The translations under genes and the position numbers were made by a program. The notes beneath the pieces were generated by a model. The model had not been told where the DNA came from. It searched no databases and was given only the letters and a program-made list of their open reading frames with translations. A stretch of 64,000 nucleotides of DNA, from assembly GCA_965243205.1 (NCBI GenBank), contig CBDEUK010000002.1:1376001-1440000 (forward strand), written 5' to 3'. Shown one piece after another: positions 50,937-62,362 of this stretch. Positions within the stretch are counted from its first letter, which is position 1. Each line of letters opens with the position of its first letter. The DNA comes from Gammaproteobacteria bacterium. GTDB taxonomy: Bacteria > Pseudomonadota > Gammaproteobacteria > Eutrophobiales > Eutrophobiaceae.

Positions 50937-51596
50937 ATGCAAGAAGCCGTCATTATTGAACCACAAACTGAACACAAAGCCACGGTTATCTGGCTACACG
51001 GCTTAGGTGCCGATGGTCATGACTTTGAACCAATTGTGCCACAATTAAAATTGGATAAAGAACTTGGGATTCGTTTTATCTTCCCGCATGCACCAATCAT
51101 GGCAGTCACCATTAATGGCGGCATGCAAATGCGTGCTTGGTACGATATAAAAAGTCCTGACCTTACTCAGCGTGAAGATTTAGAAACCACAAAAACTTCC
51201 TCAGAAACGATTAAACGATATATCGAGGCTGAAATAGATTCAGGAATCCCTTCAGAAAAAATTATTATCGCAGGCTTTTCACAAGGCGGTGCGATTTCTT
51301 TATATACCGGTTTGCGTTTTGATAAACCTCTCGCTGGTATATTAGCGCTTTCTACTTATCTACCCATTAAAGACTCCACTGAATCTGAATTGCATGAAAG
51401 TAATAAGACAACTCAGATCATGCAGATGCATGGCGAGTTTGATCCAATCATTCCAATTTCAACCGCGAAACAAAGTTTTGACTATATGAAACAACTTGGA
51501 TTAAACATTGAATGGATAGATTACCGTATGGAACATTCAGTTGTACCTGAACAAATACGCGATATTGCGGACTGGATTAATAAGATTTTAAGCTAG
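50937..51596 (+). CDS. Carboxylesterase/phospholipase (alpha/beta hydrolase)
   Basis: WLHGLGADG, RAWYDI, GFSQGG, HGEFD, MEH. Confidence 0.9.
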   Translation: MQEAVIIEPQTEHKATVIWLHGLGADGHDFEPIVPQLKLDKELGIRFIFPHAPIMAVTINGGMQMRAWYDIKSPDLTQREDLETTKTSSETIKRYIEAEIDSGIPSEKIIIAGFSQGGAISLYTGLRFDKPLAGILALSTYLPIKDSTESELHESNKTTQIMQMHGEFDPIIPISTAKQSFDYMKQLGLNIEWIDYRMEHSVVPEQIRDIADWINKILS

Positions 51597-52858
51597 TTAT
51601 TCGATGTATTCGCAGGCTTACGACGACGGCGCGGTCGTTTTTTATAGGAACGTTGTTGTGGGGCTTTTTCAATTTTTTTCGGCGGCTGAGGTTCAACTAA
51701 TAAATCTTGGGTAATCGTCGCTGTCGGAATTTTATCGCCTAAGTATTCCTCAATTTCCATCAGTGAATAAATAAAATCTTCGCAACCAAAACTCACGGCA
51801 TCGCCGCTAGCACCTGCCCTTGCAGTCCGGCCAATTCGATGAACGAAATCTTCAGGGTTTTGTGGTAAATCGTAATTAAATACATGGCTAACTTCTGGAA
51901 TATGTAAACCACGCGCAGCTAAGTCAGTAGCAACCAAAATAGGAATTTCACCCGTTGAAAATTTCTCAAATAAACTCTGACGTTTTTTTTGCGGTACATC
52001 GCCCGATAAGATTGCAACCTCATAATCATTACCTAATAAATAACCCGCAACTATTTCCGCATTATTTTTTGTATTAACAAAGATAATGGTCCGTTTCGGA
52101 TCAATCTGTTGCAATAAACCAAGCAACAACGGAATCTTTTCATCATTTGCAACGTGGTAAAGTACTTGTGTAACACGCTCAGCTGTAACTTGCTCTGGTT
52201 TGACCTCGATCAATTTCGGGTTATTCATGTGCTCATAAGCTAGCTCAGTGACTCGAAAATTTAACGTTGCTGAAAACAACATACTCAAACGTTGTTCAGG
52301 CTTAGGACAACGACGCAATAGATAACGAATGTCTTTGATAAACCCTAAATCAAACATGCGGTCGGCTTCGTCCAAGACAACAACTTCTATTTCCTTTAGG
52401 TGAAAAACTCTTTGTTGGTAGTAGTCGATTAATCGGCCTGGAGTCCCGATTAACACGTCCACAGGCTCATTAAACTGAGCCAGTTGTTTTTTATAATCAA
52501 TACCCCCATATACTAATCCGAGTTTAAGATCAGCAAACTGATTCAGAGAAACTGCATCTTTATGGATTTGAATCGCCAGTTCTCGAGTTGGTGAAATAAT
52601 CAGGGCTCGAGGCTTGCCAGGTTCACATTGACTCTTTGAATTGAGTAAGATTTGTAGTGTTACCAATAAAAAACTGGCGGTTTTACCAGTTCCTGTTTGC
52701 GCTTGACCCGCCACATCTTGTCGATTTAACGAGATCGGTATGGTTTCTGCTTGGATTGGGGTACAGAACTCAAAATTGAGTTGATTCAAGGCTTGTTGTA
52801 GCGAATCATCCAGTTCTAATTGATCAAAGCGGATATTCGACGAGATAGTATTGGTCAC
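51593..52858 (-). CDS. rhlB: DEAD-box RNA helicase RhlB
   Basis: AQTGTGKT, PTRELA, DEADRMFDLGF, HRIGRTARAG; divergent from trxA-rho; start taken as GTG 52858. Confidence 0.9.
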   Translation of the reverse strand: MTNTISSNIRFDQLELDDSLQQALNQLNFEFCTPIQAETIPISLNRQDVAGQAQTGTGKTASFLLVTLQILLNSKSQCEPGKPRALIISPTRELAIQIHKDAVSLNQFADLKLGLVYGGIDYKKQLAQFNEPVDVLIGTPGRLIDYYQQRVFHLKEIEVVVLDEADRMFDLGFIKDIRYLLRRCPKPEQRLSMLFSATLNFRVTELAYEHMNNPKLIEVKPEQVTAERVTQVLYHVANDEKIPLLLGLLQQIDPKRTIIFVNTKNNAEIVAGYLLGNDYEVAILSGDVPQKKRQSLFEKFSTGEIPILVATDLAARGLHIPEVSHVFNYDLPQNPEDFVHRIGRTARAGASGDAVSFGCEDFIYSLMEIEEYLGDKIPTATITQDLLVEPQPPKKIEKAPQQRSYKKRPRRRRKPANTSNN

Positions 52859-52954
52859 ACAATGCTCACAGTTTTTGCAGTCTGATCGACAGTATCTTAG
52901 AATTGACTCAATTAACAACTTATTTTAACAACGTCAGAGGACACTTGATTACTA

Positions 52955-53281
52955 ATGAACGATAAAATTGTTGCTGTTTCAGATGCCAGCTTTGAAAATG
53001 ATGTACTGAAATCTGAGAAACCTGTTCTACTTGATTACTGGGCAGAATGGTGTGGACCATGCAAAATGATTGCACCGATTCTTGATGAAATTGCTGAAGA
53101 GTACAGCGACAAAATCACCATCGCGAAAATCAATATCGATGAGAACCAAGAAACACCTGCGAAATATGTTGTAAGAAGTATTCCTACTTTAATGATTTTT
53201 AAAGAAGGCGAAGCTTCTGCAACCAAAGTTGGTGCTTTATCAAAAGCCCAATTAATGGAGTTTATTGATAGCACAATCTAA
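52955..53281 (+). CDS. trxA: Thioredoxin
   Basis: WCGPC; upstream of rho. Confidence 0.97.
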   Translation: MNDKIVAVSDASFENDVLKSEKPVLLDYWAEWCGPCKMIAPILDEIAEEYSDKITIAKINIDENQETPAKYVVRSIPTLMIFKEGEASATKVGALSKAQLMEFIDSTI

Positions 53282-53444
53282 GCTTAACCATTAAAAACTG
53301 GACGAATTGTTACTTTAGTGCTAGTGTATATGTCCAAGGCGTATTAAATACTTTCCTTTTTTAATCCCCAAAACAAAAACTAATAACAATTCGGCGTAAC
53401 CCGCCATATACACTAATCCTTCTTTTACTTTTTACCATCTAACT

Positions 53445-54704
53445 ATGAACCTTACCGAACTAAAACAACAACCAGCATCTGAACTTATTAAATTATCTGA
53501 AAACTTAGGTCTTGATGGCCTAGCCCGGTCACGAAAGCAAGACGTGATCTTTGAAATCCTCAAGGCACAAGCCAAAAAGGGTGAAGACATCTACGGAGAT
53601 GGTGTTTTAGAGATTTTGCAGGATGGCTTTGGTTTCTTACGTTCAGCAGGTAGTTCATATTTAGCAGGCCCGGATGATATCTATGTATCACCTAGCCAAA
53701 TTAGAAGATTTAATTTAAGAACTGGGGATAATATTTCTGGCAAGATTCGCCCACCTAAAGATGGTGAACGTTATTTTGCATTACTTAAGGTAGCCGAAAT
53801 TAACTTCGAGCCACCTGAAAAAGCCAAACACAAAATCCTTTTTGAAAACTTAACGCCGTTATTCGCTCAAGATCGTATGCAACTTGAGATTGGTAATGGT
53901 AGCACTGAAGATTTAACTCCACGTATTATCGATTTAGCGTCACCAGTCGGTAAAGGCCAGCGCGGTTTGATTGTAGCGCCACCTAAATCTGGTAAAACCA
54001 TGATGCTACAAAGCATCGCGCAATCGATTACACATAATAACCCTGAGTGTCATTTAATTGTTTTACTCATCGACGAACGTCCCGAAGAGGTAACTGAAAT
54101 GGAACGTTCTGTACGCGGTGAAGTAATCTCCAGTACCTTTGATGAACCTGCCTCACGTCACGTACAAGTTGCAGAAATGGTAATCGCTCGTGCTAAACGT
54201 TTAGTCGAGCATAAAAAAGATGTGGTTATTTTATTAGATTCCATTACGCGTTTAGCGCGTGCTTATAACACCGTCGTTCCTGCCTCAGGCAAAGTTTTGA
54301 CCGGTGGTGTGGATGCAAATGCATTGCAACGCCCAAAACGTTTCTTTGGTGCAGCCCGTAACATCGAAGAAGGTGGTAGCTTAACCATTCTTGCAACAGC
54401 ACTGATTGATACTGGTTCTCGTATGGACGATGTGATTTACGAAGAGTTTAAAGGTACTGGTAATATGGAATTACACCTTGAACGTGAGATCGCAGAAAAA
54501 CGCATCTACCCTGCTATCAATATCAATCGTTCAGGAACACGGAAAGAAGACTTACTCACAACCCCTGATGAACTACAAAAAATTTGGATCCTGCGTAAGC
54601 TACTTCACCCAATGGAACCACTTGCTGCGATGGAATTTTTATTAGAACGCTTACGTGGTACTAAGAATAACGCTGAATTCTTTGATGCAATGAAAAAAGG
54701 TTAA
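53445..54704 (+). CDS. rho: Transcription termination factor Rho
   Basis: [31 protein letters not shown]. Confidence 0.98.
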   Translation: MNLTELKQQPASELIKLSENLGLDGLARSRKQDVIFEILKAQAKKGEDIYGDGVLEILQDGFGFLRSAGSSYLAGPDDIYVSPSQIRRFNLRTGDNISGKIRPPKDGERYFALLKVAEINFEPPEKAKHKILFENLTPLFAQDRMQLEIGNGSTEDLTPRIIDLASPVGKGQRGLIVAPPKSGKTMMLQSIAQSITHNNPECHLIVLLIDERPEEVTEMERSVRGEVISSTFDEPASRHVQVAEMVIARAKRLVEHKKDVVILLDSITRLARAYNTVVPASGKVLTGGVDANALQRPKRFFGAARNIEEGGSLTILATALIDTGSRMDDVIYEEFKGTGNMELHLEREIAEKRIYPAININRSGTRKEDLLTTPDELQKIWILRKLLHPMEPLAAMEFLLERLRGTKNNAEFFDAMKKG

Positions 54705-54749
54705 ATATCTAGTAGCCTATCAAGTCACATACCTGCTATTTCTAGACCT

Positions 54750-56327
54750 TTATGCTTTAAAACGTAGCAACATCATATTCATATTGTTTGCTCGATTTGT
54801 CAGATTTTCACTCGCACTCAAAGTTTCTTTCGCTTGCGCACTGGTGTCATCCGTTGCATCACTGATTCGTATAATATTTTGACTCATTTCAGTTGAAACA
54901 ACACTCTGCTCTTCAGTAGCACTTGCAATCATTTGATTCATTCCATTAATCTCACTTACCCGAGTACTTATAGCATCTAATTCTGTAACAACTGTTTTTC
55001 CTTGCTCAACGCAATTCATCGCCTGCTCTGAACCCAACTTCATTGTATCAACGGCCTTTTTAGCCGCTGTGCGTAACGTATTGATTATATCTTCAATATC
55101 ACGTGTAGAATCTTGAGTTCTGCTAGCCAAAGTACGAACCTCATCAGCAACCACTGCGAAACCTGCGCCATGTTCTCCTGCACGAGCTGACTCAATAGCC
55201 GCGTTTAATGCTAATAAATTCGTTTGATCAGCAATTTCCTGAATGACATTTAAAACATTGCCAATTTTTTCACAATCGTTATCAAGATTTTGAATAACTT
55301 CAGCAGTATCTTTTACTCTATCAGCCAATTCGTGAATGGCATTCATCGCATTGCCAACAACTGATTTACTGGATTGAGATTGTTTATCTGTCTCTTCAGC
55401 TAATCGGTAAGCGTTCTGAACTGTTTTAGCAATCTCATTAATCGTGGTCGACATTTCTTCCATTGCCGTTGCTACAGAATGGGTATCACGTTGTTGACTA
55501 AATAAAGCCTCACTTGATGAATTACTAGCTGCAGTGGTTCTCTCTGCTTCTAATTTTAATTCTTGTGCAGATTCCCGTACTCGACCTAGTACTGTTTTTA
55601 TTTTTGCAGATTGGATCTTTAAGGCTAGATCTAATTGTCCTATCTCATCTCTATTTCCAGTATAAAACCAACTCAATAATTCATTATCAATAATCTGTTT
55701 GGACTGAATCGCTAAATCTCTTAAACGTTTTGTAGTAACAAGAGAACCACAATAAGCCAACCCTGCACTTAAAGTAAGTGTTGCTAAATGTAGCTTTAAT
55801 GATGCTTCAGGTATTGCTACAAGAAATGCTAAATAAGGTAATAATGATAAAAGAAACGAAATATACGTTTTTAAACCGATACTACATTCAGACCACCAGC
55901 TGACAAATCGATTGGATTTATTGTTCCAAACTTCTTTATAAACTTTTTCGGCGCGTGTTTTCTCTTCTATGCTAGGTTTACTTCGAACTGATTCAAAACC
56001 GCATACTTCACCATCTTCATATATCGGTGTCACAAATGCATTTACCCAATAGTGATCACCATTTTTACAACGATTTTTCACGACACCAAGCCAAGGTTTT
56101 CCCTGTTTAATCTGCTGCCACATATTGGCAAATATGGCTGGAGGTACATCAGGATGACGAACTAAATTATGAGCTTTTCCTTCTAATTCATCCCAGCTAA
56201 AACCACTGATCTTAATAAAATCATCATTTGCATAAATAATTTTACCTTTTAGATCGGTAGAAGAAATTATTTCTGTCTCATCATCGAAATCACGTTCTAT
56301 ATCTGTGATAGGTAAATTTTTCCTCAT
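54750..56327 (-). CDS. aer: Aer-like PAS-domain methyl-accepting chemotaxis protein
   Basis: PAS ([26 protein letters not shown]), membrane anchor, [15 protein letters not shown] signalling domain; start ATG 56327. Confidence 0.88.
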   Translation of the reverse strand: MRKNLPITDIERDFDDETEIISSTDLKGKIIYANDDFIKISGFSWDELEGKAHNLVRHPDVPPAIFANMWQQIKQGKPWLGVVKNRCKNGDHYWVNAFVTPIYEDGEVCGFESVRSKPSIEEKTRAEKVYKEVWNNKSNRFVSWWSECSIGLKTYISFLLSLLPYLAFLVAIPEASLKLHLATLTLSAGLAYCGSLVTTKRLRDLAIQSKQIIDNELLSWFYTGNRDEIGQLDLALKIQSAKIKTVLGRVRESAQELKLEAERTTAASNSSSEALFSQQRDTHSVATAMEEMSTTINEIAKTVQNAYRLAEETDKQSQSSKSVVGNAMNAIHELADRVKDTAEVIQNLDNDCEKIGNVLNVIQEIADQTNLLALNAAIESARAGEHGAGFAVVADEVRTLASRTQDSTRDIEDIINTLRTAAKKAVDTMKLGSEQAMNCVEQGKTVVTELDAISTRVSEINGMNQMIASATEEQSVVSTEMSQNIIRISDATDDTSAQAKETLSASENLTNRANNMNMMLLRFKA

Positions 56328-56425
56328 TATCCAACTCCAATACATAAACGACTTAGGCTGTATCGGGATTCAATTTAAAATCCTCACAAGAAAGAATCCT
56401 ACTTCGGTTAATAACTGATGTTTGC

Positions 56426-56439
56426 TTGATCTAGATCAA
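56426..56439. promoter_or_regulatory. FNR/Anr box upstream of aer
   Basis: Perfect TTGAT-CTAG-ATCAA; candidate -10 TAGGAT (minus strand 56401-56396) at about class II spacing. Confidence 0.75.
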
Positions 56440-56447
56440 ATACACAC

Positions 56448-56477
56448 AAAAAAAACCCCGCATAAGCGGGGTTTTTT
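56448..56477 (-). terminator. Intrinsic terminator after groEL
   Basis: AAAAAAAACCCCGC-ATAA-GCGGGGTTTTTT. Confidence 0.9.
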
Positions 56478-56498
56478 ATTCACTACGAAAAGGGGGTA

Positions 56499-58214
<1,716 letters not shown>

Positions 58215-58249
58215 TTAAATTCGTAATTAAATGTTTTTTGTAAAAAGAC

Positions 58250-58540
58250 TTAGCCTTCAAGGACACCCATGATGTCTTCTTCACGCATAACCAGTAGCTC
58301 TTCACCGTCTACTTTCACTTCGGTACCTGAATATTTACCGAAAAGGACTTGGTCACCGACTTTCAAGTCAACTGCGCGCACATCACCGTTTTCTAAAATT
58401 TTGCCATTACCGACAGCCAATACTTCACCTTTGATAGGTTTTTCAGTAGCACTATCAGGGATCACGATACCGCCAGCAGAAGTTTTTTCTTCTTCCATGC
58501 GTTTGACGATCACACGATCATGCAAAGGGCGAATTTTCAT
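58250..58540 (-). CDS. groS: Co-chaperonin GroES
   Basis: [24 protein letters not shown]. Confidence 0.99.
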   Translation of the reverse strand: MKIRPLHDRVIVKRMEEEKTSAGGIVIPDSATEKPIKGEVLAVGNGKILENGDVRAVDLKVGDQVLFGKYSGTEVKVDGEELLVMREEDIMGVLEG

Positions 58541-58592
58541 AGTATTTCACTCCTAAATAACTTATTGATTAAAAAGAAAATTTAAATATTTA

Positions 58593-58619
58593 CTAGCACT
58601 CTTAGTAATTGAGTGCTAA
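58593..58619. promoter_or_regulatory. CIRCE element (HrcA operator)
   Basis: CTAGCACTC-N9-GAGTGCTAA, one mismatch from consensus, upstream of groES. Confidence 0.92.
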
Positions 58620-58698
58620 TTGTGCTACGAACTATAGTTCAAATACGTTTAAAGTCAACTGGATAGAGCGTTGACAGAGTTATTATTCGAAGTTTGCT

Positions 58699-58726
58699 AG
58701 ATGGGGATCGGGCTTGAGAATTCAAG
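58699..58726 (-). promoter_or_regulatory. Sigma32 promoter of groESL
   Basis: Minus strand CTTGAA-N14-CCCCATCT. Confidence 0.85.
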
Positions 58727-58748
58727 CCCGATTAGAAAAGACAATAAT

Positions 58749-59933
58749 TTATGAATTTGCCTGATAGAAAGCCATGAGGATTTTAGCCACTTCAGGACGA
58801 GCAAATTCTGGAGGCAAGTCCTCACCTGCAGCTAACATTTCGCGGACTTTGGTACCAGAAAGTAATACAAAGTCTTCTTTAGAATGGTCTTCTGCATCGC
58901 GCATCATGACCACTTTATTTAGCTTTTTAGAATACGCAGTGTGATCCGCTCGGAAGATTTCAATTTCTAGCGCACCCTCTGGCAATTCATCAAAAATACT
59001 TTGTGCATCAAAAGGACCATAGAAATCTCCAACACCTGCATGGTCACGTCCCACAATTAAATGGGTACAACCTGCATTTTGTCGGAATACAGCGTGCAAT
59101 ACTGCTTCACGAGGACCTGCGTATAACATATCAAACCCATAACCAGTAACTTCGACAGTATTATCTGGGAAATATAACTCGACCATTTTACGAATCGCTG
59201 CATCACGTACATCCGCAGGGATATCGCCTTTTTTCAATTTGCCTAACAGCATATGAATCAATACGCCGTCTGCTCCAACACGTTCCAATGCCATTTTGCA
59301 GAGTTCTTCATGAGCACGGTGCATTGGGTTACGAGTTTGGAAAGCAACAACTTTTTCCCAACCGTTCTTTTCGATCAAACCGCGAATTTGTGGGGCTGTA
59401 CGGAATGTTTCTGGAAAATCTATTTCAAAATAGCTGTAATTGAGTACTTGAATCGGCCCTGAAATAACGTATTTTCCTAGGCCCATAAAGGTTGAAACAC
59501 CTGGATGTGCGTCATCTAGAGTACCAAAGTTTTTGGCCGCCATTGTTGTTAGTTGGTCAGTGGTAACTTCTTCAATCGCTTCAATATCTTGAATTGCTAA
59601 AACAGGATTCCCATCGACATTAGGATCACGCAAAGCAATACGTTTAGCATCCCCAACCGAAGAAATATCATCCGTGCGATTCATCACGGTGACTGGCCAG
59701 AAAACGCCATCTGTTGTTTTCATATGCGAAGACACACTTAAAGCATCTTCTAAATTCATATAGCCTTTTAGTGGAGTGAAGTAACCTGCCCCAAGCATCA
59801 CTGCATTCGCTGCTGATGCTGAATTTAGCAATATCGAAGGTAAACCTTCAGCTTCTTTGATGAGGTTGTTTCGAGTCGCCTCATCTTCTACGAATAACGG
59901 CGTTAGCGTTTCAGAACCGTGGGGCTTTATCAT
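58749..59933 (-). CDS. sat: Sulfate adenylyltransferase (homo-oligomeric Sat type)
   Basis: AFQTRNPMHRAHE, KKGDIP, MLYAGPREA..HA..RQNAGC, VGRDHAGVG, LSGTKVREML, RPEVA. Confidence 0.95.
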   Translation of the reverse strand: MIKPHGSETLTPLFVEDEATRNNLIKEAEGLPSILLNSASAANAVMLGAGYFTPLKGYMNLEDALSVSSHMKTTDGVFWPVTVMNRTDDISSVGDAKRIALRDPNVDGNPVLAIQDIEAIEEVTTDQLTTMAAKNFGTLDDAHPGVSTFMGLGKYVISGPIQVLNYSYFEIDFPETFRTAPQIRGLIEKNGWEKVVAFQTRNPMHRAHEELCKMALERVGADGVLIHMLLGKLKKGDIPADVRDAAIRKMVELYFPDNTVEVTGYGFDMLYAGPREAVLHAVFRQNAGCTHLIVGRDHAGVGDFYGPFDAQSIFDELPEGALEIEIFRADHTAYSKKLNKVVMMRDAEDHSKEDFVLLSGTKVREMLAAGEDLPPEFARPEVAKILMAFYQANS

Positions 59934-60101
59934 TCCAAAGTCTCCTAAAAATCTCTTTCATGTATGTTTAAAAAACGGCCGATAACCATAATGATCTGGC
60001 GAATAAATGCAAGCAATAACCGCTATTTTGCTAGGTTTTAGTAAGTTAGCACTGGCAAAAACTCATTTATGACTTTACTATTTCAAAAACTATGAAAATG
60101 T

Positions 60102-60326
60102 ATGGGGTGTCCTGAAATGTCACAACCAATAGAAGTTTCCTCACCTGAAGCTGGAAAAAAAACCTCCACCATTATTAATACCGTCGATAACCAAGATACC
60201 GTTCAATTGGATGCAGAAAATGCTAACTGTTATTGGAATGATCAAGCATTCAATAAAGGCGATCGAGTTATTAATGATAGTAAATGTTACGAATGTGGCT
60301 TTGGTTTATGGACTGAAGTGAGCTAA
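60102..60326 (+). CDS. Small hypothetical protein with a two-cysteine C-terminal module
   Basis: CYWNDQAF..G......CYECGFGLW; start could be 60117. Confidence 0.55.
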   Translation: MGCPEMSQPIEVSSPEAGKKTSTIINTVDNQDTVQLDAENANCYWNDQAFNKGDRVINDSKCYECGFGLWTEVS

Positions 60327-60338
60327 CGACTAGGCTTC

Positions 60339-60905
60339 TCACTTCGAATTCGAACGAAAAGCATATCGTTCATCTTGTTTTATGATATCTCCAACATGAG
60401 TTGAAAATTTCTGCGTATCTCGCTCTTGAAAATAAAAATCCAAAGTATATTTAACCGTTGAAAATGCTAACTCATCCCATGGAATTTCTGATTTCAGCAA
60501 TAATTTAGTTTCTAAACTTTCAATGCCCGGTTTGAAATCTAACGTTTCTAGCTCAGACAAATACATCAAATAAACTTGATTGACATGAGGCAAACTAAAA
60601 ACACAATAAAGCTGTTGTATTTTCACTGAAGCCATTGCTTCTTCCCAAGTTTCTCTTTGTGCCGCTTCATGCGTAGTCTCTCCATTTTCCATAAAACCAG
60701 CCGGTAAGGTCCAATAACCGTATCGTGGTTCTATCGCTCGCTTGCATAATAAAACTTTATCTTGCCAAACCGGGATACAACCGCAAATAATTTTTGGATT
60801 TAAGTAATGTATCATCCCGCATGCATCGCACACATGACGCATACGATTATCATCTTCTGGAATCATCGTAATGATTTTTCCACCACAATCACTACAAAAA
60901 TTCAT
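60339..60905 (-). CDS. NUDIX hydrolase with N-terminal zinc ribbon
   Basis: FCSDCG...CDACG..HYLNP, LPAGFMENGET...A.RETWEE. Confidence 0.92.
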   Translation of the reverse strand: MNFCSDCGGKIITMIPEDDNRMRHVCDACGMIHYLNPKIICGCIPVWQDKVLLCKRAIEPRYGYWTLPAGFMENGETTHEAAQRETWEEAMASVKIQQLYCVFSLPHVNQVYLMYLSELETLDFKPGIESLETKLLLKSEIPWDELAFSTVKYTLDFYFQERDTQKFSTHVGDIIKQDERYAFRSNSK

Positions 60906-61011
60906 TTATTATCCCTGAAATATTTTGAGTTTTAGTTGGCAAGTTCATCGTTGAGTTATGTTATAGCATGTAATTAATGTTACTGTATTACTTAAATTTG
61001 TTTAAAACTTT

Positions 61012-61308
61012 ATGGCAACCAAACAACCTTATTTTGCAGATTTTCGAGTTCATGTTCTAAGTCATATAAAGGACATTGAAAAACGAGAATATGAAAGCCA
61101 TTCAATCGAATGGTTTTTATTGAAGTATTTACATCGTCTTGCTAAATCAGCCAACCCTCCAAGTCAACGTGGTGATATGGAAAATGCTATTCGTGCATTA
61201 ATCCGATTCTATGTTGATAACTTGGAAGAAAATTCCGATTTAGGCACTCGCTGTCAAACCATCTATAATGAATATCGAAAATGTTTACGACGACAACAAG
61301 AGAAATAA
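61012..61308 (+). CDS. Hypothetical protein (helical)
   Basis: 98-aa ORF filling intergenic space; no recognised motif. Confidence 0.6.
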   Translation: MATKQPYFADFRVHVLSHIKDIEKREYESHSIEWFLLKYLHRLAKSANPPSQRGDMENAIRALIRFYVDNLEENSDLGTRCQTIYNEYRKCLRRQQEK

Positions 61309-61323
61309 CGGTATCATCTATTT

Positions 61324-61530
61324 TTGGAGATCTTTATGCCTTCTAAAGAAATTACAGATTATTTGGTCATTAGCAATGCAAACCCGATGCAGCTTTCCGT
61401 TAAAGTGAATGAAAAAATTCAGGAAGGTTGGGTCCCCTTAGCAGGTGTAACTGTCGGCGCAGCTATTAGCGAACGTAATACCTTAGTCAGTTATGCGCAA
61501 GCGGTAGTTAAATATAAAATTGCACCTTAG
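61324..61530 (+). CDS. DUF1737-like small protein
   Basis: Y.V.......L...VNEKIQEGWVPLAGV.......YAQAVVK pattern; start probably ATG 61336. Confidence 0.65.
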   Translation: MEIFMPSKEITDYLVISNANPMQLSVKVNEKIQEGWVPLAGVTVGAAISERNTLVSYAQAVVKYKIAP

Positions 61531-61537
61531 TGCTTAT

Positions 61538-62347
61538 TTATAATTTACCAACAAAAACAAAACCTAAAATTACTACGCCTAATAAAATTCTATAGACAAC
61601 ATATGGCAGCATGCCAGTGCTTTGTAGAAACTTTAAAAAGTAATGTATTGATAACCAAGCACTGATAGCCGAAACAGTAGCCACAACTGTAAAAGCATAC
61701 CAATCTGTAGCCGCTTCTCCAGTAAAATGCCGGAATGCTTCGTGACCTCCTGCTAATAATATCACCGGGATAGCCATTAAAAATGAAAAACGTGCAGCAG
61801 CATTTCTATCAAAGCCCATCATTAATCCAGCGGTCATCGTAATACCAGATCGTGACGTACCAGGGATTAAAGCTAACACCTGAGCCAAACCAAACATAAA
61901 TGCCGAATGATAACCAATACGTTCATATGATTTTATTTGCTGGCAAGTAGAATCCGCCCACCATAATAAAATACCAAAGCCTATAGATGCCAACCCAATA
62001 ACATAGGGTTCACGTAAATAATCAGCTATGTAGTCATAAAGAAATAAACCAACAAGTGCGATTGGTATTGTTGTTATGATAAAAAACAACATGTATTTAT
62101 GATTTGAATTTGGACTATAAGCAAAAGGTTTTGCAATCCAAGGTTGGATAACCGTTTGAATATCTCTTTGAAAATAAACTAATACCGCCAACAAACTACC
62201 AAGGTGCGCAGCTATGTCGATAGTAACACCTTGATCATCCCAGCCCATAATATTAGGCAACAATATTAAATGTGCGGAACTGGAAATAGGTAAAAATTCG
62301 GTAATGCCTTGAATAAGCCCAAGTAAAATTAAATGTAGTGTTTCCAT
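61538..62347 (-). CDS. uppP: Undecaprenyl-diphosphate phosphatase
   Basis: QGITEFLPISSSAH, ALIPGTSRSG, AARFSFLM. Confidence 0.96.
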   Translation of the reverse strand: METLHLILLGLIQGITEFLPISSSAHLILLPNIMGWDDQGVTIDIAAHLGSLLAVLVYFQRDIQTVIQPWIAKPFAYSPNSNHKYMLFFIITTIPIALVGLFLYDYIADYLREPYVIGLASIGFGILLWWADSTCQQIKSYERIGYHSAFMFGLAQVLALIPGTSRSGITMTAGLMMGFDRNAAARFSFLMAIPVILLAGGHEAFRHFTGEAATDWYAFTVVATVSAISAWLSIHYFLKFLQSTGMLPYVVYRILLGVVILGFVFVGKL

Positions 62348-62362
62348 TATTCAATAATAATT

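Noticed and set aside
59997-60011. TGGCGAATAAATGCA as a sigma54 promoter near sat
   Set aside because: GG-to-GC spacing is 9 nt rather than the required 10
60046-60053. TTAGCACT as a second CIRCE
   Set aside because: Half-site only; no GAGTGCTAA arm at 9-nt spacing
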